64,000 nt of DNA from Verrucomicrobiota bacterium (GTDB taxonomy: Bacteria > Verrucomicrobiota > Kiritimatiellia > JAAZAB01). The stretch spans positions 1,560-65,559 of the forward strand of contig JAHIJO010000014.1 in NCBI GenBank assembly GCA_018898455.1, given 5' to 3'. Below, piece by piece: positions 1 to 9,768 of the stretch. Each line of letters begins with the position of its first letter. The first letter of the stretch is position 1. A program made the translations under genes and the position numbers. The notes under the pieces were generated by a model, which was given only the letters and a program-made list of their open reading frames with translations, was not told the DNA's origin and did no database searches.

Positions 1-788
1 AGGCGATGATTGCCGAGGATATCGAGCAGGCGCAGGTCGGTCCGGTCACAGGCCGGATTGTGGCGGCCATTTCGCCCCATGCCGGCTATGAATGTTCCGG
101 ACGGGTGGCCGGTTACGTGTTTCGCGCTATTCGCGATCAGGCCAAGAAGGGTGATGCGCCGAAGACCGTCGTGATCCTGGGGGTCAGTCATCAGGTCGGC
201 TTCCGGGGGGTGGCGCTGATGGATGGCGACGCCATGACTACACCCCTGGGCGAATCGGCTTTGGATCGGGAGGCGGCGAGTCTGCTCGTCCGGCAAAGTC
301 CAATGATTCGAATGGACTATAAGCCGCACGTTGGTGAACATTCGGCGGAAAACCAGGTTCCGTTTGTCCAGGCGATTCTGCCCGCCGCCCGGCTGGTGAT
401 CGGATTGATTGGCGATCACGATCCCCAGACCCTGGCGGGGCTCACCAAGGCCCTGGGGGAGTTGGCGCAGAAGCAGGCGATCCTTGTCATTGCCAGCTCG
501 GATATGCTGCACGATCCGGATTATGATCTGGTGACAAAAACGGATCAACAGACGCTGCAAGAAGTGACGGCCATGAACCTGGCGGTTCTGATGAGTGGTT
601 GGAGTCCTCGTCACCAGCTTTTCTGCGGCATGTCCGCCGTGGCGGCGACGCTGGATTTTGCGAAAGCCGGGGGGTGCAGGGAAGGCACGGTTCTTTTCTA
701 TCGGAACAGCGGCGATTATTTTCCGGAAGGCCGCGGCCAATGGGTTGTCGGCTATGGCGCGGTGGTGTTCACCGTGCCGGGAAAATGA
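1..788 (+). CDS. MEMO1-family protein (AmmeMemoRadiSam system protein B), probably 5'-truncated by window edge
   Basis: ORF 6..788. The SPHAGYxxSG motif sits unusually close to the N-terminus, and the downstream His/Asp-rich core is typical of the MEMO1/AmmeMemoRadiSam B family. Confidence 0.7.
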   Translation, partial: AMIAEDIEQAQVGPVTGRIVAAISPHAGYECSGRVAGYVFRAIRDQAKKGDAPKTVVILGVSHQVGFRGVALMDGDAMTTPLGESALDREAASLLVRQSPMIRMDYKPHVGEHSAENQVPFVQAILPAARLVIGLIGDHDPQTLAGLTKALGELAQKQAILVIASSDMLHDPDYDLVTKTDQQTLQEVTAMNLAVLMSGWSPRHQLFCGMSAVAATLDFAKAGGCREGTVLFYRNSGDYFPEGRGQWVVGYGAVVFTVPGK

Positions 789-974
789 CATGATGCCGGG
801 CTGGATTTGCCGCTTGGAATATCTTTGCGTATAGGGAGTTTCAATCCGTTGCAGTTCTCGCCGCCCAAAGCGGCGGCTCGAACCGCCGCTCCACCTGCCC
901 GCAGTCGCAATCCGTCAGCTGACGGATTGCGGCGAAGCCGCCTAATTCAGTGTGGCGGCGGGCGCCTCCGTCAT

Positions 975-1934
975 TCAGGCGGTGATCTTCCGGCGTTCCA
1001 GGTATTCCTGCACGAGTCCGTCGCGCAGGCTTCGGTTGCTTATTGTGAGGGCCTGCATATCCAGTTCCGCCATTAACGTGTCCAGGATGGCGGCGCCGCC
1101 GATGATAATATCGGCCCGGTCCGGCTGGAGGCCGGGCACCTGCCGGCGCTGAGCCAGGGAGAGGGCGCATAAATGGCGGATGATCTGCCTCAGGCGCGCC
1201 ATACTGACGGGTTCCGGGCATTGCAAACGCCGATTAAAGTGGCGGCGCACGGCGATATTGCCCAGAGCCATGATGGTTCCGGAACTCCCCAACACGATAT
1301 CCACGCGATAACGGCGGAGCCGTTGCAGAACCTTTTGCGCGCGCCCGCGAACATATTCCTGGATGCGCCGGTACAGCTCCGGGGATACCGGCTGATCCAT
1401 TCCGGGCTTCAGAAACTGATTGCTCAGACGAACCGCGCCCAGGTTCAGCATTGCCAGATAATGGGGCTTATGCTGATTGCCGACACTCACTTCCGTACTG
1501 CCGCCTCCGATATCCAGAAATAAAGCCTGCCGGTTCTTCAGGTCCATAGTCCGGGATACGCCACGGTGAATCAGGCGGGCTTCATCTTCGCCGGACAATA
1601 TGCGGACCTCCAGGCCGACCTGGGTCCGCAGACGTCGCAGGAAGGCCCGTCGGTTTTTGGCATCCCGTATGGCGGAAGTGGCGACTGCCACGATGTCGCC
1701 GGCTCCGGTTGCGCGCGCCGCCTTGATCCATTGGCGGCAGAGAAGCGCGGCCCGATTCATGGCGTCATTGTCGAGTTGTTGGGCCGTGAAGGCATCCTCA
1801 CCCAGCCGCACGACCTGCCGGCGTTGTTCCAGGATATGATACTCGCCGGAGGCGCGCAGGCGGACGACCAGCATCCGGATGGCGTTGGTGCCGATATCCA
1901 GGAATGCGGCGATGGGCTGATCGTGAGTTGTCAT
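975..1934 (-). CDS. ppx: Ppx/GppA family exopolyphosphatase
   Basis: 319 aa ORF with an N-terminal actin-like ATPase fold (FLDIGTNAIRMLV ... DIGGGSTE) characteristic of Ppx/GppA. It lies adjacent to ppk1. Confidence 0.8.
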   Translation of the reverse strand: MTTHDQPIAAFLDIGTNAIRMLVVRLRASGEYHILEQRRQVVRLGEDAFTAQQLDNDAMNRAALLCRQWIKAARATGAGDIVAVATSAIRDAKNRRAFLRRLRTQVGLEVRILSGEDEARLIHRGVSRTMDLKNRQALFLDIGGGSTEVSVGNQHKPHYLAMLNLGAVRLSNQFLKPGMDQPVSPELYRRIQEYVRGRAQKVLQRLRRYRVDIVLGSSGTIMALGNIAVRRHFNRRLQCPEPVSMARLRQIIRHLCALSLAQRRQVPGLQPDRADIIIGGAAILDTLMAELDMQALTISNRSLRDGLVQEYLERRKITA

Positions 1935-2071
1935 CGAATTGGCATGCCTTAAACGCTTGCCCGTAAAGATACACGTTATTGCGAGTATCTTTCTGGGTAG
2001 CGGGTATTAGCCCGCCTTAATAGTAATTGTCCTGTTTCGGTTGATTCATATTCACGATCTTGCGGTCAATA

Positions 2072-4210
2072 TCAAGCCGGAGCCATTCGTTGGCGCGTCA
2101 ACTGCATCAGCGTTTCGTGAGTGCCCAGCGAGTATTCGGGATGGCAGGGCTGACGTTGAACATAGGATCCATCCGGTTGCATCTCCCAGGCCTGGCGCTC
2201 GTCCCGGATCAGCGTTTGCAGGATTTCCCAACACTTTTCACGCAAGGCCCGTGTTTCGATGGGCGTAATCGCTTCCACCCGTGCCAGCAGATTCCGATAC
2301 ATCCAGTCGGCCGACCCGATGAAAAACTCGCCGTCCAGCGGATCGGCGGCGCCGTTGCGGAAATAAAAAATACGGGAGTGTTCCAGGAAACGCCCGATTA
2401 CGGACAGGACACGGATGTTTTCGCTGACGCCCGGTACGCCGGGGCTCAGACAGCAGAAGCCCCGCACGAGCAGGGTGATCTCCACGCCGGCCTGCGAAGC
2501 GCAATAGAGCGCCCGGCAGATTTTGTCTTCTTCCAGGCTGTTCATCTTGGCGATAATCCCGGCGGGCCGGCCCGCCTGCCGATGGCCGATCTCACGCTCG
2601 ATCAGCGCCAGGAAGCGCTCCCGCATGTTGACGGGCGCAATGAGCAGTTTGCGATAATTCCGGTTCAGCGAGCGACCGGTGAGATAGTTGAAGAGCTCGA
2701 TAATTTCTTCGGTCAATTCGGGCCGGCAGGTCAACAGTCCAAGATCCGTGTAGAGTTTGGCCGTTTGACTGTGGTAATTGCCGGTGCCGATATGGGCGTA
2801 GGATCGGAGACCCTCGGCCTCTTCGCGAATGACCAGCGTGATCTTGGCATGAGTTTTCAGACCCACCAGGCCATACACGACATGGATGCCTGCTTTTTCC
2901 ATCAATTGGGCCCAGTAAATATTACGTTCCTCGTCGAACCGGGCTTTCAGCTCCACGAGGCATACGATCTGCTTTCCTTCCTCGGCGGCCTGGATGAGCG
3001 TGCGGATAAAGGGGCTTTCATCGCTGATGCGATACAGGGTCATCTTGATGGCCAGGACTTTCGGGTCCTCGGCGGCGGCGCGGATGAACCGCTCGACGCT
3101 GGCGGTGAAATCCTCGTAGGGATGATGCACCAGGATGTCGCTGCCGCGGATAAGGCTGAAGATGTCGCTTTGTTCGGCGGCCAGGGCCGGTGGTACCAGC
3201 GGAGTCCATGGCGCATAGTGCAGTGCCGGCAGGTTCAGCTCGGCGATCGTCTGCAGGTCGGTGTAATCGAGTCCGCCGGCAATTTCATACAAGTCATCGG
3301 GGGCGATTTCCAACTCATCGATCAGAAGCTTCAGCATCTCGGGGTGAGGGTTCGGGCCATGTTCCATGCGGACCACCTTTTCGAACCGGCGCTGGCGAAT
3401 TTCCTGTTCTATCAGTGCCAGCAGGTCTTCCGTGTCTTCTTCGTCCCGCTCCACATCGGCGTTGCGCGTGATCCGGAACGGCATGACCTGCCGAACGTCC
3501 ATTTCCGGGAAGAGCATGTCCAGGTTGTGCCGGATCAGATCGATCAGGCTGACAAAAAGAAAACGGTCGTTGCCGTCGGCCGTTTCCAGCCGGATCCATT
3601 GGGGCAGGACCTTGGGGATTTTGATCCTGGCAAAAAAATCTTCGGCGGTGTCGGGATGCTTCAGCATGACGCCCAGCGAGGTGGAGAGGTTGGAGATAAA
3701 GGGGAACGGATGTCCCGGATCCACGGCCAGGGGCGTAAGCACCGGGAAGACGCGGGTTTTAAAATAACCATGCGCCGCCTCACGTTCGGGGCCGGTGAGT
3801 TTGGCCCAGGGCGTCAGGTCGATATGGCGCTGGGCCAGCGCCGGCTTGATGTCGCGCTCGAAACAGGTTGCCTGCAGGCGAAGCATGGGAAGCACCTGGT
3901 TCCGGATGGCGGCTAACTGCTGTTCCGGCCGCATGCCGTCCGCAGATCGATGCGTGACCCCTGCCAGAATCTGCCGTTTGAATCCGCCCACCCGCTTCAT
4001 AAAGAACTCGTCCAGGTTGAATGTGAAGATGCCCAGAAATTTGATCCGCTCCAGTAGCGGTGTGCGCGGGTCGCAGGCCTCGTGGAGAACCCGGCGATTG
4101 AATTCCAGCCACATCAGTTCGCGGTTGAGGAACGGGGCGGATTCGGGGCTGGCGCTCTCTGCGGCGGGCGTTACCGCTTCCGGGACTCTGGATTTCTTTA
4201 TTTTTTTCAT
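2072..4210 (-). CDS. ppk: polyphosphate kinase 1
   Basis: 712 aa ORF with the PPK1 N-terminal and two PLD-like C-terminal domains, full PPK1 length and an FNLDEFF-containing N-terminal domain. Confidence 0.9.
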   Translation of the reverse strand: MKKIKKSRVPEAVTPAAESASPESAPFLNRELMWLEFNRRVLHEACDPRTPLLERIKFLGIFTFNLDEFFMKRVGGFKRQILAGVTHRSADGMRPEQQLAAIRNQVLPMLRLQATCFERDIKPALAQRHIDLTPWAKLTGPEREAAHGYFKTRVFPVLTPLAVDPGHPFPFISNLSTSLGVMLKHPDTAEDFFARIKIPKVLPQWIRLETADGNDRFLFVSLIDLIRHNLDMLFPEMDVRQVMPFRITRNADVERDEEDTEDLLALIEQEIRQRRFEKVVRMEHGPNPHPEMLKLLIDELEIAPDDLYEIAGGLDYTDLQTIAELNLPALHYAPWTPLVPPALAAEQSDIFSLIRGSDILVHHPYEDFTASVERFIRAAAEDPKVLAIKMTLYRISDESPFIRTLIQAAEEGKQIVCLVELKARFDEERNIYWAQLMEKAGIHVVYGLVGLKTHAKITLVIREEAEGLRSYAHIGTGNYHSQTAKLYTDLGLLTCRPELTEEIIELFNYLTGRSLNRNYRKLLIAPVNMRERFLALIEREIGHRQAGRPAGIIAKMNSLEEDKICRALYCASQAGVEITLLVRGFCCLSPGVPGVSENIRVLSVIGRFLEHSRIFYFRNGAADPLDGEFFIGSADWMYRNLLARVEAITPIETRALREKCWEILQTLIRDERQAWEMQPDGSYVQRQPCHPEYSLGTHETLMQLTRQRMAPA

Positions 4211-4225
4211 GGCGAAAAATCCAAG

Positions 4226-5656
4226 CTAACCTTTGACGCAGATTACCGGCGCCAGCTTGGCTACGGGCCGGGCCAGGCGTGCCTGGGCGGTGGCCGCCAC
4301 AACGTCATGGATGTCCTTGTAGGCGCCGGGCGCCTCTTCGGCGACGCCGCGTAACGAACGGGTGCGGATCAGGATGTTTTTCAGCGCCAGATTTTTGATG
4401 ACGTCCTTGCCTTGCCACTGCTTCGCGGCCTGGGTCCGGCTCATTTTCCGTCCGGCGCCATGACAGGCAGAGCTGAAGGAAAGCGACTCGCTTTCGGCGG
4501 TGCCCGTCAGGATATAGGATGCGGTGCCCATACTGCCGCCAACCAAAACAGGCTGGCCGATGGTTCGCAGTTCTGGGGGGAGTTCCGGATGGCCGGGACC
4601 GAGAGCTCGCGTAGCCCCCTTCCGATGCACATACAACGTTTTTGTCCTGCCGGCGACGGTATGGTTTTCCAGATTACAGGTATTGTGGGATACGTCATAC
4701 AGCAGGGGCAAGGTCATGTTTCCAAACAGCTTGCAGAAAGTTTCCCGGACCAGGCTGGACAGGATTTGACGATTGGCCAGGGCGCAGTTGATGGCGGCCC
4801 GCATGGCGCCCAGATACGCCTGGCCCTCGGATGAATTAATCGGTGCGCAGGCCAGTTCCCGGTCGGTGATGGCGATGCCGTGGACGTGAGCGGCTTGAAG
4901 CATGGATCGGGAAAACTCCGTTGCTACTTGATGGCCCAGTCCGCGGGAGCCGCAATGGATACTGACGACGATTTCGTTCTCGCGCAGGCCGAACGCACCG
5001 GCCGCTTTGGGATCGATGATATCAATGACCTGCTGGATTTCAAGATAATGGTTGCCGGAGCCGAGTGTGCCCATTTCATCCTGTTGCCGCTTGCGGGCCT
5101 GCTCAGAGATGGTTTCCGGGCGGGCCTCGGTGTTTTCGCCGCGATTTTCAATCCGTTCCAGATCATCTTGGACGCCATACCCCCGTTGCACGGCCCAGCG
5201 GGCTCCTCCCGTCAGCATGGCGTCCATTTCCCTGCGGTTGAGGGATAATGCGCCGGTACTGCCGATGCCGGCGGGGATGTTGTTGAACAGCGCGTCGGCC
5301 AGCGTGTCCTTTTTCGGGAGCAATTCGTCAGATGACAGGCCGGTGAGGAGGGTGCGGACACCGCAGGAAATATCGAAGCCAACACCGCCGGCGGAGACCA
5401 CTCCGCCACGGTCGGCGTCAAAAGCCGCCACGCCGCCGATGGGGAAGCCATACCCCCAGTGAGCATCGGGCATGCAATAGGCCGCGCTTTCGATACCCGG
5501 CAGGGCGGCCACGCGGCTGATTTGGTCCAGGACCTTGGCGTCCATTTCGCGGATCAGGGTTTCCGATGCATACAGGATGGCCGGGACGCGCATCGGTCCC
5601 GCGGGAGGTATCAGCCATTGACATTCGTCTTTACGCTGGAGCAATGCAATATCCAT
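4226..5656 (-). CDS. rtcB: RNA-splicing ligase RtcB
   Basis: 476 aa ORF with a conserved RtcB active-site region (DAHWGYGFPIGGV, metal-binding His/Cys). Confidence 0.9.
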   Translation of the reverse strand: MDIALLQRKDECQWLIPPAGPMRVPAILYASETLIREMDAKVLDQISRVAALPGIESAAYCMPDAHWGYGFPIGGVAAFDADRGGVVSAGGVGFDISCGVRTLLTGLSSDELLPKKDTLADALFNNIPAGIGSTGALSLNRREMDAMLTGGARWAVQRGYGVQDDLERIENRGENTEARPETISEQARKRQQDEMGTLGSGNHYLEIQQVIDIIDPKAAGAFGLRENEIVVSIHCGSRGLGHQVATEFSRSMLQAAHVHGIAITDRELACAPINSSEGQAYLGAMRAAINCALANRQILSSLVRETFCKLFGNMTLPLLYDVSHNTCNLENHTVAGRTKTLYVHRKGATRALGPGHPELPPELRTIGQPVLVGGSMGTASYILTGTAESESLSFSSACHGAGRKMSRTQAAKQWQGKDVIKNLALKNILIRTRSLRGVAEEAPGAYKDIHDVVAATAQARLARPVAKLAPVICVKG

Positions 5657-5808
5657 GGTATCTTGTCCCTATCCACACGGCGCAGGATATCATTTTGTTT
5701 TTCAGTTTCAAAGACGTTTCTCGTTGCGTGGGGGGATTGACAGGTGCGGGGTAAACATGCTTAGTATTATTTGGTATTCAGACAGATGAATTTCCGCATG
5801 GCATCCGG

Positions 5809-8085
5809 ATGAAAAATAAGCCGATCACGACCATTGACAAATTGCGGGCCATTCCCTGGGTGTATGGGTTTAGCGCCGGTAATATGGTTTTCTGCCTGCT
5901 GACGGTGTTCGGTCCGATTTTCCCTTTGTATTTGACCGGCTTGGGCATGCCCTACACCAAGATCGGCTTTATCGTTTCGCTGATTCCCTTTTGCGGGCTC
6001 GTATCATTGGTGCTCTCGCGTTGGGTCACACGCGTCGGTCCCAAGCGGATTTTCATTACCTTCTACAGCGTGAGGAAATTGGTTGTTGGTCTCCTGCTGA
6101 TCTCTCCATGGATCATGGCCCGGTTTGGGAGCACGGCCGTTTTTTACTGGGTCGCAGGAATCATTGTGTTATTTGCGCTTTGCCGCGGTATTGCGGAAAT
6201 TGGGTATTTACCCTGGGCGCAGGAATTTGTTCCCAATCGAATCCGGGGGAAGGTGGACGCAATCAATTCCCTGATTTCAGGGGTGGTGGCGTTGCTGGTT
6301 GCCTTGGGGGCCTCCTGGATCGTGAAGCAGGTAACGGGTTTGACGGGCTATTCGCTGTTGATCGGGGTGGGGGTTCTGGTCGGGCTAATTTCTGTTGTTT
6401 TGATGGGCTTTGTTCCCGGGGGCCGGCCTATGCCGGTGGAACAAAAGGAAACACCATTTTGGGAGGAAATGCTGGGACCCATCCGAGACCGCAATTTCCA
6501 GTATTACCTTGGCGGGGTTGCCCTGTTTTCTCTCGGCATCGGTTTTTTTTCATTTTTGCCGATATTTTTAAAAAATCAGATTGGTTTGGGATCCGATAAA
6601 ATCCTGCTTCTGGATGCCGTGATGAGAATAGGTATCCTCAGCTCCAGTTTTTTATGGGGCTGGAGTGTGGATCGTTTTGGCGGAAAACCCGTGCAGATTT
6701 CCGGCCTGATCATCATGCTGCTTTTTCCCCTGATTCTGATATTCATGCCGCGTGAACAGGGGGGAGTTCTGGCCTGGGTGATGACGGCTTATGTCATTTT
6801 GGGCGTGGGACTTCAGGGGTATATGGCGGGGGCCAATCGCTATTTTTTTATCAGGGCAGTTCCTCCCGGGAACCGGAATCAATCTTATTATTCCCTGAAT
6901 TACGCTTGCCTCAGTTTGTTTTCAGCTTTGGGTCCGCTGGGGGCTGGATGCCTTCTGGATATGGGGCGATTCCTCCAGATCCACCACTGGGGCATCGTGG
7001 TGGACGCATTTATGATCCTTTTTGCGTCCAGCACAGCGGTCTTGATCGCTTCGGCCTGGATGTTTCATCGGATGGGTAATGATGGGGTGGTGCGCACCGG
7101 AGAATTTCTTTCCATGTTCATTCAAGGCAATCCTCTATTGGCGTTTGAATCCATGGTCCGGTATCGGCTGGCAAGGGACGAGGGCCACCGAATCTCCGTG
7201 ACGGAGCAAATGGGGCAGACGAAAAATGCATTAAGCGCAGACGACCTGCTGGAGGCTTTGTCGGATCCGAGTTTTAACGTCAGATATGAGGCGATTGTCT
7301 CCGCGGCCCATATGCCCCCGCACTCGAAACTGACTGAGGCCCTGATTCACATTCTGCGTCGGAAAGAACCGGACCTGAGCGTTGTAGCGGGATGGGCGCT
7401 GGGCCGGATTGGTGACCGGCGCGCCGTCCCTGCGTTGCGGGAAATGCTGGTCTCGGAATACGCCCTTTTACGTTCGCGGAGTGCGCGATCGCTGGCGAAC
7501 CTGGGTGACACCGAGAGCGTGCCCCTGCTGTTGAAGGCCTTTAAGAATGAACTCCATGATGGCATTCGCGTGGCTTACGCGTCGGCGCTGGGGGTCTTCA
7601 AGGCCGAGGCCGCATTGGACGACCTGATAGGTCTCCTGCATCGTTTGACGGAAGAACCTTTACGCAATGAGGTTGCGCTGGCTCTGGCCAGGATCATCGG
7701 CGGGGAGCATCATTATATTCGTCTCTGGCGCGCCACGCGATCGGATTTCGGGACGGCCGGCGCGCAGACGATTATGGACTTAAAAGAAAAGATGTTCAAA
7801 CAGGACTTTGCGACGTCGCCGGTCATGGCGCTGATGGATGATTGTGCCCAGCATCTGGGCGGCCAGGATTTGGATCTGGCTGCCCTGGCGATGTGCCGCC
7901 TGCTTGATGATCTGGCGCCGGAGCCGTGGGGTATGACTATTCATAAATTATTGCGGGAATGCGCGCGGTATTTACTGGAATTCAAGGGGGAGCGTGCGGA
8001 ATATATGTTGTTGGCTTTTACCGCGCTGGAAGCGGGCATCGTCGCGATCCGACGCCGGAAAAGCATCCGGGTTGAACCTCGATGA
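5809..8085 (+). CDS. MFS-type transporter fused to C-terminal HEAT/PBS-lyase-like repeat domain
   Basis: 758 aa ORF. The N-terminal ~430 aa hold about 12 hydrophobic helices (MFS-like). The C-terminal ~300 aa hold repeated RAVPALxxxL and DxxVRxxA helical repeats typical of HEAT/PBS lyase repeats. Confidence 0.65.
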   Translation: MKNKPITTIDKLRAIPWVYGFSAGNMVFCLLTVFGPIFPLYLTGLGMPYTKIGFIVSLIPFCGLVSLVLSRWVTRVGPKRIFITFYSVRKLVVGLLLISPWIMARFGSTAVFYWVAGIIVLFALCRGIAEIGYLPWAQEFVPNRIRGKVDAINSLISGVVALLVALGASWIVKQVTGLTGYSLLIGVGVLVGLISVVLMGFVPGGRPMPVEQKETPFWEEMLGPIRDRNFQYYLGGVALFSLGIGFFSFLPIFLKNQIGLGSDKILLLDAVMRIGILSSSFLWGWSVDRFGGKPVQISGLIIMLLFPLILIFMPREQGGVLAWVMTAYVILGVGLQGYMAGANRYFFIRAVPPGNRNQSYYSLNYACLSLFSALGPLGAGCLLDMGRFLQIHHWGIVVDAFMILFASSTAVLIASAWMFHRMGNDGVVRTGEFLSMFIQGNPLLAFESMVRYRLARDEGHRISVTEQMGQTKNALSADDLLEALSDPSFNVRYEAIVSAAHMPPHSKLTEALIHILRRKEPDLSVVAGWALGRIGDRRAVPALREMLVSEYALLRSRSARSLANLGDTESVPLLLKAFKNELHDGIRVAYASALGVFKAEAALDDLIGLLHRLTEEPLRNEVALALARIIGGEHHYIRLWRATRSDFGTAGAQTIMDLKEKMFKQDFATSPVMALMDDCAQHLGGQDLDLAALAMCRLLDDLAPEPWGMTIHKLLRECARYLLEFKGERAEYMLLAFTALEAGIVAIRRRKSIRVEPR

Positions 8086-8094
8086 AAACCAGTG

Positions 8095-8122
8095 TTGACT
8101 TTCAGATGGAAACGCGTACTTT
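8095..8122 (+). promoter_or_regulatory. candidate sigma70-like promoter for SGNH hydrolase gene
   Basis: TTGACT (8095-8100), a 16-nt spacer, then TACTTT (8117-8122). AAGGAG follows at 8150-8155. Confidence 0.3.
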
Positions 8123-8166
8123 TTCATACCGGCGTGTTGTAAATAAAAGAAGGAGATTTGACGGAA

Positions 8167-8811
8167 ATGAAGACCAGGATACAAGGTGGCCAGAAGATCG
8201 TTTTTATCGGTGACAGCATCACGGATTGCGGGCGACGCGGCGCGGAACGTCCGCTGGGTTCGGGGTATGTCAAACTGTTTCATGACCTGATGATCCTGCG
8301 GGAGCCGGAGAAACGCGTCATGTTCATCAACAAGGGAATCGGCGGCGATACCGTGGTCGGATTATCGAATCGCTGGTCGGATGACGTGCTGCGCCATAAG
8401 CCGGACTGGCTGTCGATCAAGATCGGCATCAATGACTTGCACGGAATGTTGCGTGATCCGCAGAATGGAATAACACCCCGGCGTTTTTTGAAGGAATACA
8501 CGGCGATCCTGGAACGGACGGTGTCTCAGTTGCCGAAATGCCGCATCCTGCTTATTGACCCGTTTTACATCAGCACGGATAATTCGCCGAACAGTTTCCG
8601 TCATAAAGTCCTGGAATTGCTTCCCGAGTATCTGGCGGTGGTTCACCAGATAAGTCGGAAATTTAAAACGCGCCTGATCCGAACCCATGAGCTTTTCGGC
8701 GCCCAACTCAAGTATCACGATCCGGATACGTTCTGTCCGGAACCCGTGCATCCCAATCTGATCGGGCACCTGTTGATTGCCGAGGCCGTTTATCAAGCCT
8801 TTTGCCGGTGA
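8167..8811 (+). CDS. SGNH/GDSL-family hydrolase
   Basis: ORF 8158..8811 has an IVFIGDSITD block (GDSx catalytic Ser motif) near the N-terminus. The ATG at 8167 is preceded by AAGGAG. Confidence 0.75.
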   Translation: MKTRIQGGQKIVFIGDSITDCGRRGAERPLGSGYVKLFHDLMILREPEKRVMFINKGIGGDTVVGLSNRWSDDVLRHKPDWLSIKIGINDLHGMLRDPQNGITPRRFLKEYTAILERTVSQLPKCRILLIDPFYISTDNSPNSFRHKVLELLPEYLAVVHQISRKFKTRLIRTHELFGAQLKYHDPDTFCPEPVHPNLIGHLLIAEAVYQAFCR

Positions 8812-9079
8812 TCATTGACCAATTAGATCATGCCGCCTGCTATTTTGGGATCGGATCACGGGTTGCAGCCGGTCTGCAGTTCCTCCGCGAAACGAATCTG
8901 GCCGGCTTGGATAATGGCCGGCATGAAATTGACGGCGATGCCATCCAGTCCCTGGTATGCGAGTATCAGACGAAACCCATGGGGCAGAGTCAATGGGAAG
9001 CGCGCCGGCGCTGGTTAAAAAAGTTGTGATCAAGGTTCTTGTTTAAATGATTCCAATTCGATAAATTATGGAGATAAAC

Positions 9080-9253
9080 ATGGAAAAGAAGATTTGCAAG
9101 GGGGCGCATCGGGGGCATTTGTGTGTGCTGGCCAGCGCCGATAAATTGGATGAAATAAAAAAACTAGCTTGCAAACCGCGCTATATCTGTTTTAATTGTG
9201 GCCGCGTGGCTAATTGCGGGGAAAATCTCTGCAATCCCATGGCGTTGGACTAG
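9080..9253 (+). CDS. small cysteine-rich protein (7 Cys in 57 aa, CxxC-type)
   Basis: ORF 9068..9253. The second ATG is preceded by GGAGA at a 6-nt spacing. It contains CFNC and CGENLC motifs. No recognisable family, so confidence is low. Confidence 0.3.
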   Translation: MEKKICKGAHRGHLCVLASADKLDEIKKLACKPRYICFNCGRVANCGENLCNPMALD

Positions 9254-9282
9254 TCGAAGTAACCAAACGAAAGGAGGGCGGT

Positions 9283-9603
9283 ATGCGGAAACTGTTAAGC
9301 GGATTGAGTCTCGTGGCGGTTGCGGGCGCGCTCGCAGTAGTGATGGGGTGCGCGTCACCGGCGCCCGTCGGCGTGTTGTACACTGAAATCACATTGCCGG
9401 CGATCGCCACCTCGAATGCTCAGGCGACTAAGGTGGGTGTGTCGGAATGCACCTCCATCCTGGCGCTCGTAGCTATGGGCGATGCCAGCATTGATGCGGC
9501 GGCGAAAAATGGCGGGATCACGAAGATTCACAGCGTGGATTGGGAAGCCAAGAGCATCCTGGGAATCTATGGTACTTACCGCACTATCGTTCGCGGCGAA
9601 TAA
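9283..9603 (+). CDS. TRL-like lipoprotein (signal peptide + GC lipobox)
   Basis: ORF 9214..9603. The internal start MRKLLSGLSLVAVAGALAVVMGC gives a lipoprotein signal. The GVLYTEITxP and GIYGTY region resembles the TRL domain family. Confidence 0.55.
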   Translation: MRKLLSGLSLVAVAGALAVVMGCASPAPVGVLYTEITLPAIATSNAQATKVGVSECTSILALVAMGDASIDAAAKNGGITKIHSVDWEAKSILGIYGTYRTIVRGE

Positions 9604-9634
9604 TCAACTATTGCTCTCGGATTACGTAACCTTA

Positions 9635-9680
9635 AAGCGGGTAGTCGTCCGGTCTGCACGGGCGATTACCCGCTTTTTTT
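9635..9680 (+). terminator. rho-independent terminator
   Basis: Stem AGCGGGTA...TACCCGCT followed by a T7 run directly after the TRL gene stop. Confidence 0.6.
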
Positions 9681-9768
9681 GTCACGGATAATGTGGAGCT
9701 GGCGGACAACGGGCGGAAGGATACTCCCCACGAATTCAGGACAACCACGAATGCTGCAACCGGCAGAA

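Noticed and set aside
2060-3916. 618-aa ORF on plus strand
   Set aside because: It lies entirely antisense to the well-supported ppk1 gene. Its low-complexity Gly/Arg/Ala-rich translation is typical of a GC-rich antisense frame.
5737-5768. Sigma70-like promoter upstream of the MFS-HEAT gene (TTGACA ... TAGTAT)
   Set aside because: The spacer would be 20 nt, outside the functional 16-19 nt range, so it was not reported as a feature.
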